Positions 45,810 through 56,219 are shown, numbered from the stretch's first letter. The stretch is DNA of 64,000 bases from Puia dinghuensis (GCA_026225275.1 JAMFSL010000219.1:1459-65458); one strand, 5' to 3'. Notes: generated by a model not told the origin, from the letters alone. Program-made: numbers and translations.

Positions 45810-48800
45810 TTAAAATTTCACGTTCACGTTGAAGCCCAGACTCCGGGTAGACGGATAACCGGATAATTCCAATCCCTGACCATTGCCGGTGGAATAATTT
45901 CCTTCCGGATCTTCGTTCGGGGTATGTTTCATTAAAATGAGCAGATTACGTCCTACCAGCGAGAAATTCACGCCCTTGATTGGGGAACCTTTGATGACAG
46001 AAGAAGGCAGGGAATAGCTCAGGCTGAGCGACCGCAATTTGATAAAACTGGCATCGTATACAAATTCCTGCGCAATCTGATCGTCGCCGGTAGACAGGGC
46101 CTGGAAATAAACCTGCGAATTCACGGATGCCGTGTTGGTTGCGCCGCTGTTGAGGACTACGCCCTTGCCGACATAACCGCCCTCGGCTCTGCCCTGCAGG
46201 GTTGCCTTCGAAAGGCCATATTCGTACAGCAGCAAGTTCGTACCCGAGTAGATCTTCGCGCCATATTTGAAATCAAGGAGAAAGGAAAGACCAAAATCCT
46301 TATAGTGAAACTCATTAGTCAGACCGCCTGTTTGTTTGTAGATACCGGAACCAAGAGGAATCTGGTTAGCCGTCGGCTCAGGCTGGCCAGCCAGCAGGCC
46401 GTCGCTACCGTCGCTATAGATCTTGTTACCATGGGCATCTTTTTTGTAACCAAACCCGGTGATCTGGGCATATGGCAATCCGGTCCAATGGCTGATGTTG
46501 ACGCCATTACCCCAACGTGCGTTGGCACCGGCCACGACGATCGAGTTAACGCCGGGTGCGAGATACAATACCTTGTTGTTGTTGATGCCGATATTGAAGG
46601 AGAGATTCCAGGCGAAGTCGCGGGTGCGTACCGGTGTTCCGGTCAGCAGCAGTTCTACCCCTTTGTTGCTAATCTTGCCGATATTCTCGACGATGCCATC
46701 ATAACCGGCAGTGGGGCTGGTGGTCACACTGACCAGATCCTTTGTCGTAGTCTTGTCATACACGGCCACGTCGAAGCCAACGCGGTTATCCAGAAACTGC
46801 ATGTTGGCGCCGGCTTCTCTTTCAGCAATGTGCACCGGTCCGAGGTTGGCATTGGGAATGACATTTTGGAGAATGAAGCTCTGAGCCTGGTTGTCGATAG
46901 AATAACCCAGAAAGCCATAAGTCTGTGCATTCAGATAAGGATTGGTTCCATTGGAGGCTGCCGCATCCGACACGCGCAGTTTACCAAAGCTGATCCAATT
47001 GGGCAGTTTGAATGCGTCAGAGAACACAAAGCTCAGGCTGGCCGAAGGATACAGATAGCGGTCATTATTGATCGCCAGGGTAGAGAACCAGTCATTTCGG
47101 CCAGACACATTCAGGAACAACCAATTCTTAAAGCCAAGGTCGGCCGAAGCGTAGACGGAATTGACATGCAGCCGGGAATAACCAACAGAAATAGGGCGGC
47201 TGGTCACATTGGTAAGCGAATATAAATAGGGCACATTGAAGGGACCGGCGCCGGTGACACCACTGGACGAAGTGACATTGTCTTCGGAGTTGCCGCCCGC
47301 ATTGGCGTTGAAGCTGAAATCGTTGCCGAACTTCGTATGGACACCGATGAGATAATTCCAGTTCAGCTCGTGAAAGTTGAGGTCATTTGTCGTGATCTGT
47401 CCGCCCGCATCATAACCGGTACCGGTAGGAACGACATTCTGCTGGTCGAAGATATAACCATCCCGGGTGACGCCGCCCTGTGCGTACAGCCAATTGGTAA
47501 TATCGTACTTCACATTCAGGCCACCGGTGAGCCGTTGACGGTTGGTGCTGTTCTGAAACTTATAGGCAACGAAATAGGCGTTGTCGAAGTAAATGTCCTG
47601 GCCAGGCAGTTGTTCAGCGCCGGCAGCATTGGTGCCCTGGTTCGGCTGTTCCCATTTGATATGGAAGGTGTTCGGCAGGTAGAGCTCGCTGGCCACTACG
47701 TTGCCGGGTGCATCGCCGAAGGAGACACGATTCTTTACTTCTTCGAAAATATAATTGGCCGACAGGTTAATCGTCAGCTTAGGAAGAACATGGTACTCCG
47801 TATTGAAATTCACCCCCTGCTGTTGCATATTGGCATTGGGGACCACGTTGCCATTGTACAGATCAGACAAGCCCAGCCGGAAATGGCCCTGGTCATTCGA
47901 TCCGTATAGCGCGATCGAGGACTGGTTGTTCGGACCGTCCTTGTAAAAATCTTTGATATTGTTCTTATAGGGACTATAGGTGAAATTATTGCCGAGGAAG
48001 TTCACGGCCTGGGACCCATCCATCGGGGCGCCATAGCTATAATATTCCGTCGCCTGCGCGGCGGCCGCCGTTGTAGGTTTATCGCCCAGGCTTCCCTGCC
48101 CGTACTGGTACTGGAAATCCGTCAGGTTATGGACCATGACGTCAGTAAAGTTATTGTTCAGCTCCACACCGACCCCTTTCGATTTGGCGCCCGACTTCGT
48201 CGTGATGAGGATGGCGCCGTTACCGCCGCGATAACCGTACAATACAGATGCGGCCACGCCTTTCAATACCTGGATGCTTTCGATATCATCGGGGTTGATG
48301 TTGCTGAGGCCGTCGCCATAATCCACGCCGCCGTATTGTCCCGGCGAGCCCTGGTTGGTATTATCATAAGGAACACCGTCGATGACATAGAGCGGCTGGT
48401 TGTTGCCCGAGAGTGAAGCGTTACCGCGGATCGTTACGCGGCTGCTACCCGAAGGGCCTGTCGCCGTACCTGCGACGCTGACGCCCGCTACCTGGCCGGT
48501 GAGGGCATTGCCGATATTCGATTCACGAGATTGTGTGAATTTAGACCCATCCACTTCCGTAGTGGAATAGCCCAGAGACCGGGCCTGTTTCTTGATCCCG
48601 AGGGCAGTAACGACGACGCTGGACAGCTGGGTGTTGGATTCCGTCAGCGCGATGCTCATCTGACCCGTGCCGGCCTTCATTTGCTGCGAGTCAAATCCAA
48701 CCGAGGAAAAGACCAGTACGTCGCCCGGCTGGGCTTCGATCGTGAAGAAGCCGGCAGCATCGGTCGTCGTCGCCTTTTTGCTACCTTTCACTACTACTGT

Positions 48801-49019
48801 AACGCCCTCCAGCGGTTTGCCGTCGGAAGATGTCACCAGCCCTTTGATCGGGCCTGCCGCGACAGCACGATACCCTGCACCGGCAGCAACTGCTGGTGAG
48901 GGATAAAAGACGCGGCCTTTTTCGTTTGCAAAGCCGTCCCGCGAATACGCCGTGACGGAACTAAGGAGCTGTAGACCCAGGCAGACACCGGGCCAACAGA
49001 AAAGCTGAGATTTTCTCAT
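45810..49019 (-). CDS. SusC/RagA-family TonB-dependent transporter (distal copy, no STN domain)
   Basis: I chose the start at the internal Met (MRKSQLFCWPGVCLGLQLL, signal peptide). It has a CarbopepD_reg domain (GLVTSSDGKPLEGVTVVVKG), the plug IRGNASLSGNNQPLYVIDGVPYDNT, and a C-terminal ...FNVNVKF. Confidence 0.88.
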   Translation of the reverse strand: MRKSQLFCWPGVCLGLQLLSSVTAYSRDGFANEKGRVFYPSPAVAAGAGYRAVAAGPIKGLVTSSDGKPLEGVTVVVKGSKKATTTDAAGFFTIEAQPGDVLVFSSVGFDSQQMKAGTGQMSIALTESNTQLSSVVVTALGIKKQARSLGYSTTEVDGSKFTQSRESNIGNALTGQVAGVSVAGTATGPSGSSRVTIRGNASLSGNNQPLYVIDGVPYDNTNQGSPGQYGGVDYGDGLSNINPDDIESIQVLKGVAASVLYGYRGGNGAILITTKSGAKSKGVGVELNNNFTDVMVHNLTDFQYQYGQGSLGDKPTTAAAAQATEYYSYGAPMDGSQAVNFLGNNFTYSPYKNNIKDFYKDGPNNQSSIALYGSNDQGHFRLGLSDLYNGNVVPNANMQQQGVNFNTEYHVLPKLTINLSANYIFEEVKNRVSFGDAPGNVVASELYLPNTFHIKWEQPNQGTNAAGAEQLPGQDIYFDNAYFVAYKFQNSTNRQRLTGGLNVKYDITNWLYAQGGVTRDGYIFDQQNVVPTGTGYDAGGQITTNDLNFHELNWNYLIGVHTKFGNDFSFNANAGGNSEDNVTSSSGVTGAGPFNVPYLYSLTNVTSRPISVGYSRLHVNSVYASADLGFKNWLFLNVSGRNDWFSTLAINNDRYLYPSASLSFVFSDAFKLPNWISFGKLRVSDAAASNGTNPYLNAQTYGFLGYSIDNQAQSFILQNVIPNANLGPVHIAEREAGANMQFLDNRVGFDVAVYDKTTTKDLVSVTTSPTAGYDGIVENIGKISNKGVELLLTGTPVRTRDFAWNLSFNIGINNNKVLYLAPGVNSIVVAGANARWGNGVNISHWTGLPYAQITGFGYKKDAHGNKIYSDGSDGLLAGQPEPTANQIPLGSGIYKQTGGLTNEFHYKDFGLSFLLDFKYGAKIYSGTNLLLYEYGLSKATLQGRAEGGYVGKGVVLNSGATNTASVNSQVYFQALSTGDDQIAQEFVYDASFIKLRSLSLSYSLPSSVIKGSPIKGVNFSLVGRNLLILMKHTPNEDPEGNYSTGNGQGLELSGYPSTRSLGFNVNVKF

Positions 49020-49151
49020 TTTTTTGCAGCGTTTGTTTTGATAAAATAAATTATCCCAGGCGGGATACTTTATCATGTGCTGCGGGAGAAGCCGGTGTAA
49101 TGTTGTTTTAGTAAATTTTTTTTGGAGCGGTTTTCGGGTCGCGGGGAGCGC

Positions 49152-50723
49152 CTATTGATCCCACCAAACCCGGGAGGTCATTTTATCGCCATTAGCCAGG
49201 CGGGAGACGGCGGCATTATAGTTCGTCGTATTCGTAGAAGCCTCAGTCTGGGGATAGGTGAAGCGGCGGGGAATCGTGCTGCCGGTGACATTTCCGGGGT
49301 AGACGACGGGGGTCAGTACCGGAAAACCGCTGCGCCGCCAATTGGCAAAACATTCGGATTCGTCCATAAAGCCAGCCACCCAATATTGCTCATTTATCTG
49401 CTGCAACCCTTCCGACGGGTTATAGGGATGGGATTGCAGCCAGCCCAGGATCGGGGTATCACCGGGGCCAGCCCCTGCCTGTGCGGCCAATTGCTGCATG
49501 GCGCCCTGTACACCGGCCGTATAATAAGTCGCCGGGTTGCCGGTGACCCAGCCCCGGGCGGCAGCTTCTGCCAGCAGCAGCTCCGTCTCGCCGTAGGTGA
49601 GGAAGAAGGTGGGGGCATTCAGCCGGGCGAACGTATAGCGGTTGACGAGAGAATAGCTATTTTGGTTACCGGGCCAGCTCGGGGCGGTGATGAGATCGTA
49701 GGCGGTGCCGCTGTAGGGCGGGTCATAGCCATTGGGCTGTCCCAGCTGAAGGGCGCCTGCTGTGTCGCCCATATCCGCCGCTGAATCGGGATTCGTGCAA
49801 ACCGTGGCCAGGTAGGGCAGCCGCGGGTCGTTCGTATTCCGGAGGAAATTGACGAAGGTCTGGCTGAGACGGTAGCCATTCGGATCGTTGCCGATCAGGG
49901 TGAGGCCCGTACCATTGACCGCCGAGGTGCCGGTGACGTTCTGGTGCGGTACGATTGCATTGTCGGCATTGCTGCGCATGACGCCCGGCGCCGCGAGGGC
50001 TACCCATTGCTGGGCCATCGATGGATCGACCTTCACGAGCCGCATGGCGAGTCTTGTCATTTCAGAATAGGCGAAACGCTGCCACGACAGAACGTCGCCG
50101 CCATAGAGCAGATCTGCGGCCCCGACCGTGTTAGCCGCCTGGGTGTTGAGCTTGCTCGCGGCGTCCAGCAATTCTGCGAGCATATCCGTATAGATGGCCT
50201 GCTGCTGGTCATAGACGGGAGTGGTAATGCCCGCAATCGCTCCCAATCCGGCTTGGAAATACGGACAGTCTCCGTACATGTCCGTCATCCGTTGGAACAT
50301 GAATACCCGGAATATCCTGCAGATCTGGTAGAGGTTCGCCTGTGCACTGTCATTCATGGTGTTCTGCATGACCTCCGCCATATTCGCGATGGCATTGGGG
50401 TAATTCTCATCCCAATAGGCCGAATTGTAGACGGCGCTGTACAAATATTTATCTCCATCCCAATAGGACTCCGTGGAGGACAGATGCTGGATCATGCAGG
50501 AAGAATAGATCAGGTTGTTGCGCCAGTCTTCATAGCCGTTGCCATCCGTATTACCGGAGGTTTGCAGCTCCACGTTGGTGAACAAGTAATTGAAGTTGAT
50601 CTGCGACGCAGTGATAACATCGGGGTTGGTATTGATCGACACAAAATCTTTGCGGCAGCCGGCGGCTGTCAAAAGTATCAGGCCGATGAGGGCCCCACTC
50701 GTCATCTTTTTTATTCCTGGCAT
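49152..50723 (-). CDS. SusD/RagB-family lipoprotein (proximal copy)
   Basis: 523 aa with the lipobox LLTAAGCRKDF. It is a close paralog of 44167..45792 (shared CMIQHLSST..YWDGDKY and NGDKMTS.VWWD). Confidence 0.85.
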   Translation of the reverse strand: MPGIKKMTSGALIGLILLTAAGCRKDFVSINTNPDVITASQINFNYLFTNVELQTSGNTDGNGYEDWRNNLIYSSCMIQHLSSTESYWDGDKYLYSAVYNSAYWDENYPNAIANMAEVMQNTMNDSAQANLYQICRIFRVFMFQRMTDMYGDCPYFQAGLGAIAGITTPVYDQQQAIYTDMLAELLDAASKLNTQAANTVGAADLLYGGDVLSWQRFAYSEMTRLAMRLVKVDPSMAQQWVALAAPGVMRSNADNAIVPHQNVTGTSAVNGTGLTLIGNDPNGYRLSQTFVNFLRNTNDPRLPYLATVCTNPDSAADMGDTAGALQLGQPNGYDPPYSGTAYDLITAPSWPGNQNSYSLVNRYTFARLNAPTFFLTYGETELLLAEAAARGWVTGNPATYYTAGVQGAMQQLAAQAGAGPGDTPILGWLQSHPYNPSEGLQQINEQYWVAGFMDESECFANWRRSGFPVLTPVVYPGNVTGSTIPRRFTYPQTEASTNTTNYNAAVSRLANGDKMTSRVWWDQ

Positions 50724-50753
50724 CCTTTTTTTATTCTTTGCATCCTTTTCTGA

Positions 50754-53700
50754 TCAAAATTTTATATTCATATTCAAACCCAGGCTTCGTGCGCTGGGAT
50801 AGCCCGATAGTTCCAGCCCCTGGCCGTTGGTGTTGTTGATACTGGACTCGGGGTCAATGTTCGGAATACGCTTCATTAGTATTGCCAAATTCCTGCCCAC
50901 CAGCGATACACTGATACCCTTTATATACTTATGTGTTAACATAGCGGCGGGAAACGCATACGTCAGCGATGCCGACCGCCATTTGATAAAACTGGCATCG
51001 TAGACAAATTCCTCCGCGATATGATCAGTGCCACCTGCAGAAATATCCTGGAAATATTGCTGGGCCGGAACGGCAAAATTGTTCGGCTGACCATTTTCCA
51101 GCACGCCTTTGCCGGTATAGCCCTCTGCCCTACCCTGCAGGGTGGTCTTCTGCAATCCGTAGTAATAGAGCAGCAGGTTAGTGCCCGAGTATATTTTGGC
51201 GCCGTATTTAAAGTCGATCAGCACGTTGAAGGAAAAATTCCTGTACTGAAAGTCATTGCTGAATCCGCCGGTCGTCTTGTAAACTGTGGAGCCGAGGGGT
51301 ATAAGACCCGTCTCTAGCGGCTCCCCTGCCGGAGTAGGATTGGTGACGCCGTCGCTGTAAATGATATTACCCTTCCTATCCCGTTGGTAGGCATAGCCCA
51401 TAATCTGGCCATAGGGCAATCCCACGACGTTGCTGATGCTCACCTCGCTGCCCCAGCGGGGGTAAGCGCCACTGATCACAATGCTGTTAGGGCCGCCGAC
51501 ATACAGTACCTTATTATTATTGACCGCGAGATTAAAGGAAGTATGCCAGGAGAAGGCCCGCCATTTGACAGGGGTGGCTGTCAACAGCAGTTCAACTCCG
51601 CGGTTGCGGATGCGGCCGAGATTTTCGATCGCCTGGTCATACCCCGAGGTTGGGCTGACCGTAGCGCTGACGATATCATCTGTTGTGATCTTGTTGTATA
51701 CCGTGGCATCGAGTCCCAGGCGGTCGTCGAGGAAATGTAAATATAGGCCGAACTCCTGTTCGCGGATACTGACCGGCCGCAAATTGGCATCCGGTATCGT
51801 AGGTGTACCGTAATTGGTAGCGATAGTACCCAGTGGCTGACCGTTGATCGTATAGGGCTCGACTGCGAAGCCGAGTAAATTTTGGTAGGGCTCCGTCCCG
51901 TCCGAAGCTGCCGCGTAGGACGCCCTGAACTTGCCCAGGCTAATCCAAAGAGGGAGATGCCAGCAGTCCGTGAATACGAAGCTACCCGACAGCGAAGGAT
52001 AGAGATAATGATCCGAATGAATATTCAGGGTAGAGAACCAGTCATTCCTTGCCGTGAGGTCCAGGAACAGGTAATTGCGGTATCCCGATTCCACGCTGCC
52101 GTAAATGGAATTGACCCGGTAGTGCTGATCCGAAGAACTGTAAGGGGGACTGACGGCGATGTTGTCGGGGTTGTAATTGCCGGCCACTACAAAGGGGCCT
52201 GCTGCCCGGTTACCGGAATTCGGTACGGCGCCAATGCCGTTGACCGTCGTGACATTGTCCTGTTCATTAGCGCCCAGGTTGGCATCCAGGCTGAGCCGGG
52301 AAGCGTATTTCTTATGCGCCACCAGCATGACATTGGTATTGACCTCATGAAAGTCCAGTTCGTATTGGGTAAGGTTGCCGCCATGAACGCCGTCGCTGCG
52401 GGTGTATTCCACTCCGGAAGGGACTATTTCGGTGACATTGAAAGTGTAACCGTCCCGGGTAGCCTGTGCCTGAACCGACAGCCAGTCCAGCAGATTATAT
52501 TTTAGCGTAAGACCGCCGGTCAGCCGGTTGCGGTCCGAGGTGTTGAGATAGTCGTAGGCGATATAATAAGGGTTCTCGAAATAGGTGTCATTGCCCGGAA
52601 GCCATTCCGTCCCATTGGGGTTGACCGTATGATCTTTCATCCAGCGGATGTCGAAACTGTTCGCGAGGTAGAGCGGCGCGGCCATGACATTACCGGGATC
52701 GTCCGAGATGCTGGCGCGGTTCTGGACATGTTCGAAGACATAGTCCGCGGTGAGCACCATCTGCAGTTTGTCCGTCACCGAGTAGGTGGAATTAAGATTG
52801 ATCCCCTGCTGTTGCATCGAGGAATTCGGAACGATGGCGTCGAGCGAGAGGTCGCTGAGGCCGAGGCGGAAATGTCCTTTGTTGTTAGCGCCGGTGAGGG
52901 CTACCGAGCTTTGTTCGGTAGCCCCTGTCCTGAAAAAGTTTTCGAAGTTGTGTTTGAAGGGACTATAGGCATAGGTATCGCCGAGATAGTTGACCGCGTG
53001 AGTTCCGTCCAGCGGGGCGCCCCAGCTGTAGTAGGGAGCGGCCTGTGCCACTTCGGCACTGACAGGCTTGACGCCGGACAGGCCCTGGCCATAAACGTAC
53101 TGATAATGCCGTTCGTCTATCACCTGTTGCAGCGTCGTATTATTATTCACCTGCACGCCTATCCCATGCGTATTCAGGCCCGACTTCGTCGTGATCAGGA
53201 TGGCGCCGTTGCCGCCGCGGTAGCCGTACAGGGAAGAAGCGGCAACGCCTTTCAGGATCAGTACAGTGGCAATATCGTCGGGACTGATATTCGACAAACC
53301 ATCACCGAGATCGAATCCGCCGTATTGTCCGGCAAACCCCTGGGCGGTATTATCATAGGGAACGCCGTCGATGACATACAGCGGCTGGTTGTTACCGCTG
53401 AGAGAGGCATTGCCCCGGATGAGCACCCGGCTGCTGCCGAAAGGGCCCGTGGCATTCTGATCCACGCTGACGCCGGCGGCCTGGCCGATCAGGGCATTAC
53501 CGAGGTTCACCTCCCTCGACTGGGTGAAACCCGAGCCATCCAGTTCTGTGGCCGAATAGCCCAGCGCCCGTTCCTGCTTACGGATTCCCATAGCCGTAAC
53601 CAGCACTTCGACCAGCGGTTCGTTGGATGGTTCCAGCACGATGCCATCCCGGTCAATTTTTCCGGCTTTCACCTTCAGCAGCTTATAGCCGACGAAGGAA

Positions 53701-54260
53701 AATTGCAGGGTATCCTCTTTATCGGCCGTGAGCGAAAAGATACCGGCCGGGTCCGTTGCCGTACCCTTTTGCGTCCGCCGGACCGTGACACTGACTCCCT
53801 GAAGGGCCTTTCCATCGGCGGCCATCACCTTTCCGGCGACAAGACGGGCATCGGCATCCGCCATGGGGATCGCCATTCCGACCGCCGAGGTATCGTCCGG
53901 CTGCGCGGTGTCCTCGTTATGGTCCTGCCGGCTCCGGCTCTTCTTATCGAGAATGACAAAGGTCTGGTCGTCAACTTTTCTGAAGGTCAGGCCGGTATTG
54001 CGAAGAAGCTGGCTGAGCATTCTTTCAACGCTGGCGCCGGGTGACGGGACGAGAGGTGTTACGGGTATCTTGCCGAAAGCCGGCTGCGTAAAAAGGAAAT
54101 AGACGCCTCTGGCTTTATTGAGGGTGATGAGGGCCTCCAACAGGGTGGTCTTTGATGGGGAGGGAGAGGCGGGATGTGAGGGTGAAGATTGCGGTAGCAC
54201 GGGTAGGGTCAAGCCAATAAGGAAAGCAAGCAATATGCAGTATAGGCTTGATTTTCTCAA
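50754..54260 (-). CDS. SusC/RagA-family TonB-dependent transporter with an N-terminal STN signalling domain (proximal copy)
   Basis: 1168 aa. An STN-like segment (LLEALITLNKARGVYFLFTQ...LLRNTGLTFRKVDDQTFVI) precedes the CarbopepD_reg domain and plug. It follows a FecR gene. Confidence 0.88.
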   Translation of the reverse strand: MRKSSLYCILLAFLIGLTLPVLPQSSPSHPASPSPSKTTLLEALITLNKARGVYFLFTQPAFGKIPVTPLVPSPGASVERMLSQLLRNTGLTFRKVDDQTFVILDKKSRSRQDHNEDTAQPDDTSAVGMAIPMADADARLVAGKVMAADGKALQGVSVTVRRTQKGTATDPAGIFSLTADKEDTLQFSFVGYKLLKVKAGKIDRDGIVLEPSNEPLVEVLVTAMGIRKQERALGYSATELDGSGFTQSREVNLGNALIGQAAGVSVDQNATGPFGSSRVLIRGNASLSGNNQPLYVIDGVPYDNTAQGFAGQYGGFDLGDGLSNISPDDIATVLILKGVAASSLYGYRGGNGAILITTKSGLNTHGIGVQVNNNTTLQQVIDERHYQYVYGQGLSGVKPVSAEVAQAAPYYSWGAPLDGTHAVNYLGDTYAYSPFKHNFENFFRTGATEQSSVALTGANNKGHFRLGLSDLSLDAIVPNSSMQQQGINLNSTYSVTDKLQMVLTADYVFEHVQNRASISDDPGNVMAAPLYLANSFDIRWMKDHTVNPNGTEWLPGNDTYFENPYYIAYDYLNTSDRNRLTGGLTLKYNLLDWLSVQAQATRDGYTFNVTEIVPSGVEYTRSDGVHGGNLTQYELDFHEVNTNVMLVAHKKYASRLSLDANLGANEQDNVTTVNGIGAVPNSGNRAAGPFVVAGNYNPDNIAVSPPYSSSDQHYRVNSIYGSVESGYRNYLFLDLTARNDWFSTLNIHSDHYLYPSLSGSFVFTDCWHLPLWISLGKFRASYAAASDGTEPYQNLLGFAVEPYTINGQPLGTIATNYGTPTIPDANLRPVSIREQEFGLYLHFLDDRLGLDATVYNKITTDDIVSATVSPTSGYDQAIENLGRIRNRGVELLLTATPVKWRAFSWHTSFNLAVNNNKVLYVGGPNSIVISGAYPRWGSEVSISNVVGLPYGQIMGYAYQRDRKGNIIYSDGVTNPTPAGEPLETGLIPLGSTVYKTTGGFSNDFQYRNFSFNVLIDFKYGAKIYSGTNLLLYYYGLQKTTLQGRAEGYTGKGVLENGQPNNFAVPAQQYFQDISAGGTDHIAEEFVYDASFIKWRSASLTYAFPAAMLTHKYIKGISVSLVGRNLAILMKRIPNIDPESSINNTNGQGLELSGYPSARSLGLNMNIKF

Positions 54261-54315
54261 TTATGCAGCGTTTTGGTTCAATGACTTATTGACGAGCGCT
54301 TACTTCTGCGACTTC

Positions 54316-55377
54316 TTATTTCTGCGACGGTCGGGCGGCGATAGTGATCGCACCGCCTTCCTGTCTGGTCACCTTCAGATTCCCCATCACTTCGACGTCT
54401 TTCAGCAGTTCGTCGAGGTTATTATTAGGAATAATGCCGGAGAGGGTCGTCGATTTAAGGGAGTCGTCTGCCAGATGGATAGAGACGCCATACTGATCAT
54501 AGATCGTATTGACAATGTCCTGCAGACAGGTGTTGTCGAGGAATATCGTCTTCTTCTTCCAGGCCAGCAAGCTATCCGGTCTTGCCGTTCCTTGTTGCAG
54601 CCGATCCTCGCCCAGGGCGATAAAGTCGCCTGGTTTCATATTGATCACTTTCCCATTGGCAGCACGGAGGCTGACGGCTCCTTCTTCCAACATAATATTT
54701 TCTTTCCCCGGCCGGTTGACCACATTGAAGCTGGTGCCCAGCACGATGACATCACAATGATCGAGATGTACGATGAACGGGGTTTTTTCGGGGGTATGGC
54801 TGACATGGAAGAAAGCTTCCCCTGTGACCCAGACCTCCCTGTCCGTCCCTTTCTTCCAGCCGGACGCCAGTTCGAGCCGGCTATTGGCGTTCATGGTCAC
54901 TTCTGTACCGTCCGGCAATACCTGCTGTCCCAATTCTCCGTATTCCGTCCTGAGCTGAGAACGGCGGGAATGCTCAACTGCGTACAACAGTACACCGCCT
55001 GTCAGCAACAGGCAACAGGCGGCGGCTATCCAGCGTGCGGCTCCCTTTAAAGGCAATATCCGCGCTGTCTTTGCTGCCCCGGTCCCGGAATTCTTTTCGT
55101 GAACGTCGTATTGACGGATGTCTTCCTGCAGCCGGCTGATCCCTGCGAGCATTTTGTCTGCAGCGCGGTTAATTTGTTCCTGCGGCATCATCCGCTGGGG
55201 CATGCGGGTCAGTTCAAGCAGTTCCACGGCCTGCCGCACCAGTTCCTGGTGTCCGTCACCAGCGTTTATCCAATCCTCCCATACCCGATCCTTTTCGCCC
55301 CCGGTCTTAAAATACCAGTGAAGAAAGGATTCATCGGCCAAAAGGTCTTCGGGTTGGCTGTATTGGTCTAACATCAT
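54316..55377 (-). CDS. FecR-family anti-sigma factor
   Basis: 353 aa with a cytoplasmic N-domain, one TM helix (WIAAACCLLLTGGVLLYAV) and a periplasmic FecR/DUF4974-like domain. It lies directly upstream of the STN-SusC. Confidence 0.85.
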   Translation of the reverse strand: MMLDQYSQPEDLLADESFLHWYFKTGGEKDRVWEDWINAGDGHQELVRQAVELLELTRMPQRMMPQEQINRAADKMLAGISRLQEDIRQYDVHEKNSGTGAAKTARILPLKGAARWIAAACCLLLTGGVLLYAVEHSRRSQLRTEYGELGQQVLPDGTEVTMNANSRLELASGWKKGTDREVWVTGEAFFHVSHTPEKTPFIVHLDHCDVIVLGTSFNVVNRPGKENIMLEEGAVSLRAANGKVINMKPGDFIALGEDRLQQGTARPDSLLAWKKKTIFLDNTCLQDIVNTIYDQYGVSIHLADDSLKSTTLSGIIPNNNLDELLKDVEVMGNLKVTRQEGGAITIAARPSQK

Positions 55378-55573
55378 GAGAGTGACGATTCTGCAAGTAA
55401 GTGCGTGTAAAGATAAATTTGTAATACGCTTTTCTGAAGTTTTTTGGGCTTTTTTTTAATCCGCTGAAAAAAGTTGGACTTTTTATAGGGCCGGAATAAC
55501 GTTTTTCGTTCAATTGAATTAGTTTCACGACCCTGACCAAGACCAGCCATTCAAGACAATCGAAGTTAAACCA

Positions 55574-56164
55574 TTGAATACTGCCCACTCCGACATAGTG
55601 CTTTGGGAGTCTTTCCGCAAAGGGGATAAAGATGCCTTTGCAGCCCTTTTCCGGCAGCATTATGAGACGTTATTCCGGTATGGCAACCGGATGACTGCCG
55701 ACACAGAGATACTCGAGGACAGTATCCAGGAACTCTTCATCGAACTTTGGCAGGCCAAGTCTGGCGCTCCGGTGCTTTCCGTCAAGGCATACCTCCTCAA
55801 ATCACTCAAATACAAGCTCTTAAAAGTTTTTCGTCAGCGGGGCCGGGTGCAGCCGTTATCGGACGGCGACGATATTTCCTTCGAGTGGAGTCATTAAAAC
55901 TGGCTGATCGTCCAACAGGAAAATAAGGAAAAAAGAGAGCGGGTGCTCGATGCGCTTGGCCGCCTGTCGAATCGTCAAAGGGAGATCATCTATCTGAAAT
56001 ATTACCAGAACCTGAGCTATGAGGAGGTCAGTGAGATCATGAATATTAATTACCAGGTTGCCCGGAATCTGCTGTACCAGGCTATCAAGTCCCTGAAATC
56101 ATTGCTGGCGGGGGCCATGATATTTTTTATCTTACCGCTGACATTACATTTATTTCCTTTTTGA
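55574..56164 (+). pseudogene. ECF (sigma-70 family) sigma factor interrupted by one in-frame TAA
   Basis: Region 2 (DSIQELFIELWQ) is in ORF 55574..55897, which has a TTG start. Region 4 (SNRQREIIYLKYYQNLSYEEVSEIMNINYQVARNLLYQAIKSLK) is in ORF 55943..56164. Both are in the same frame, and the only stop between them is the TAA at 55895-55897. Confidence 0.7.
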
Positions 56165-56219
56165 CACCTACGGTTGTAAATTCGCCCCGCTTTGATTACC
56201 TACACAAACAATTTGAGCT

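Noticed and set aside
49020-49076. An upstream start for the distal SusC
   Set aside because: The extension (MIKYPAWDNLFYQNKRCKK) precedes a canonical signal peptide that begins at the internal Met. The shorter start is preferred, though this is not proven.
52629-54044. A 471-aa + strand ORF (and similarly 46305..47225 and 51882..52505) opposite the SusC genes
   Set aside because: These are antisense shadows, and the minus-strand products have complete SusC architecture.
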